DNA from: Amphiscolops sp. MND2022
Lineage: Eukaryota
Direction of reading: 5' to 3'
Length of the DNA stretch: 64,000 nt
Assembly (NCBI GenBank): GCA_964187785.1
Contig: OZ076409.1
Location: 62,436,001 to 62,500,000, forward strand
Shown here in pieces: positions 63,515 through 64,000 of the stretch. How positions within the stretch are numbered: position 1 is the stretch's first letter; each line of letters opens with the position of its first letter. The position numbers and the translations under genes were made by a program. The notes under the pieces were generated by a model. The model saw only the letters and a list, made by a program, of their open reading frames with translations, searched no databases and was not told where the DNA came from.

Positions 63515-64000
63515 GGGCACAAACTACGATCTAAGGAATAAGATCGAAACGCACTTCTGTAACTAAGATCTAAAGAACTAAGATCTAAATGTCATTTTTC
63601 GTAACTAAGATCTAGAGAATGCCAGCTCCCGAATCGTACCGAAAGTCTAAATTTCAGACGTTATTCCCGTTTTAATTTCCGTTATTCCCATTTTTTAGAT
63701 GTTACGGTAAAGTATAAAATGCTTTAAAGTATAAAACGTGCCTCAGATATGTCCCAATTTCCTCTAGTGCCCTGCGGCCCCTTGGGGCCGCTTATGTTCC
63801 CATCTTGCTAAGCGAGGTCGAACAGGAGCAAAGACCTAGCGGGAACGGAGATCGCGAAGCGATCGTAGTGGGAGCTGGTCTTTGCGACGGTGAGGGCGAG
63901 CGTGCATACACCGTATATGACCCCACATTATTCCTTAGACGTTATTTTAATTCAATTTAGACCTTAGTTACGGTGCATGCTTTTTAGATCTTAGTTCTTT
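63515..64000. mobile_element. MITE with taagatctaa-rich arms carrying the shared core; runs off the window
   Basis: Starts gggcac at 63515. aagaactaagatctaaa (about 63572) pairs with tttagatcttagttcttt (window end). Core at 63747-63930 on the - strand. Confidence 0.7.

Overview
AT-rich, transposon-dense animal (probably invertebrate) genomic DNA with one 200-N gap (58080-58279). (1) One apparently intact host gene on + with 8 exons whose splice phases all agree (3610-17932, about 349 aa from ATG 3649). Its 10-kb last intron holds a truncated LINE and a full-length but decayed GalEa-type Copia element (12419-17418, about 105-bp LTRs). (2) A Helentron-associated (HINE/DINE-like) non-autonomous element is present as a 0.6-kb copy (1561-2175) and a 7.7-kb copy (21871-29578). 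The longer copy carries a 6.4-kb satellite array of about 102-bp monomers with 4-, 5- and 8-mer higher-order repeats. (3) A 15.7-kb Gypsy element (29672-45396, 2127-bp LTRs, AGTAC TSD) has an unusual complex-retrovirus-like layout. Gag starts about 126 codons inside the LTR, and a -1 slippery site leads into pol. A 5-kb accessory block after pol holds an antisense, intron-containing, apparently catalytically dead hAT-transposase-like gene and a divergent sense ORF whose C-terminus is encoded inside the LTR. This is the best candidate for an undescribed system. (4) A graveyard of old Copia, Gypsy, Penelope-like and CRE-like remnants, nested GG...CC MITEs sharing one structured core, a hAT element (56400-59860) enclosing Gypsy integrase and Polinton-type DNA polymerase fragments, and a CR1/L2-type LINE with a 2A-like peptide. 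All family assignments come from motif recognition by eye; no database searches were run.
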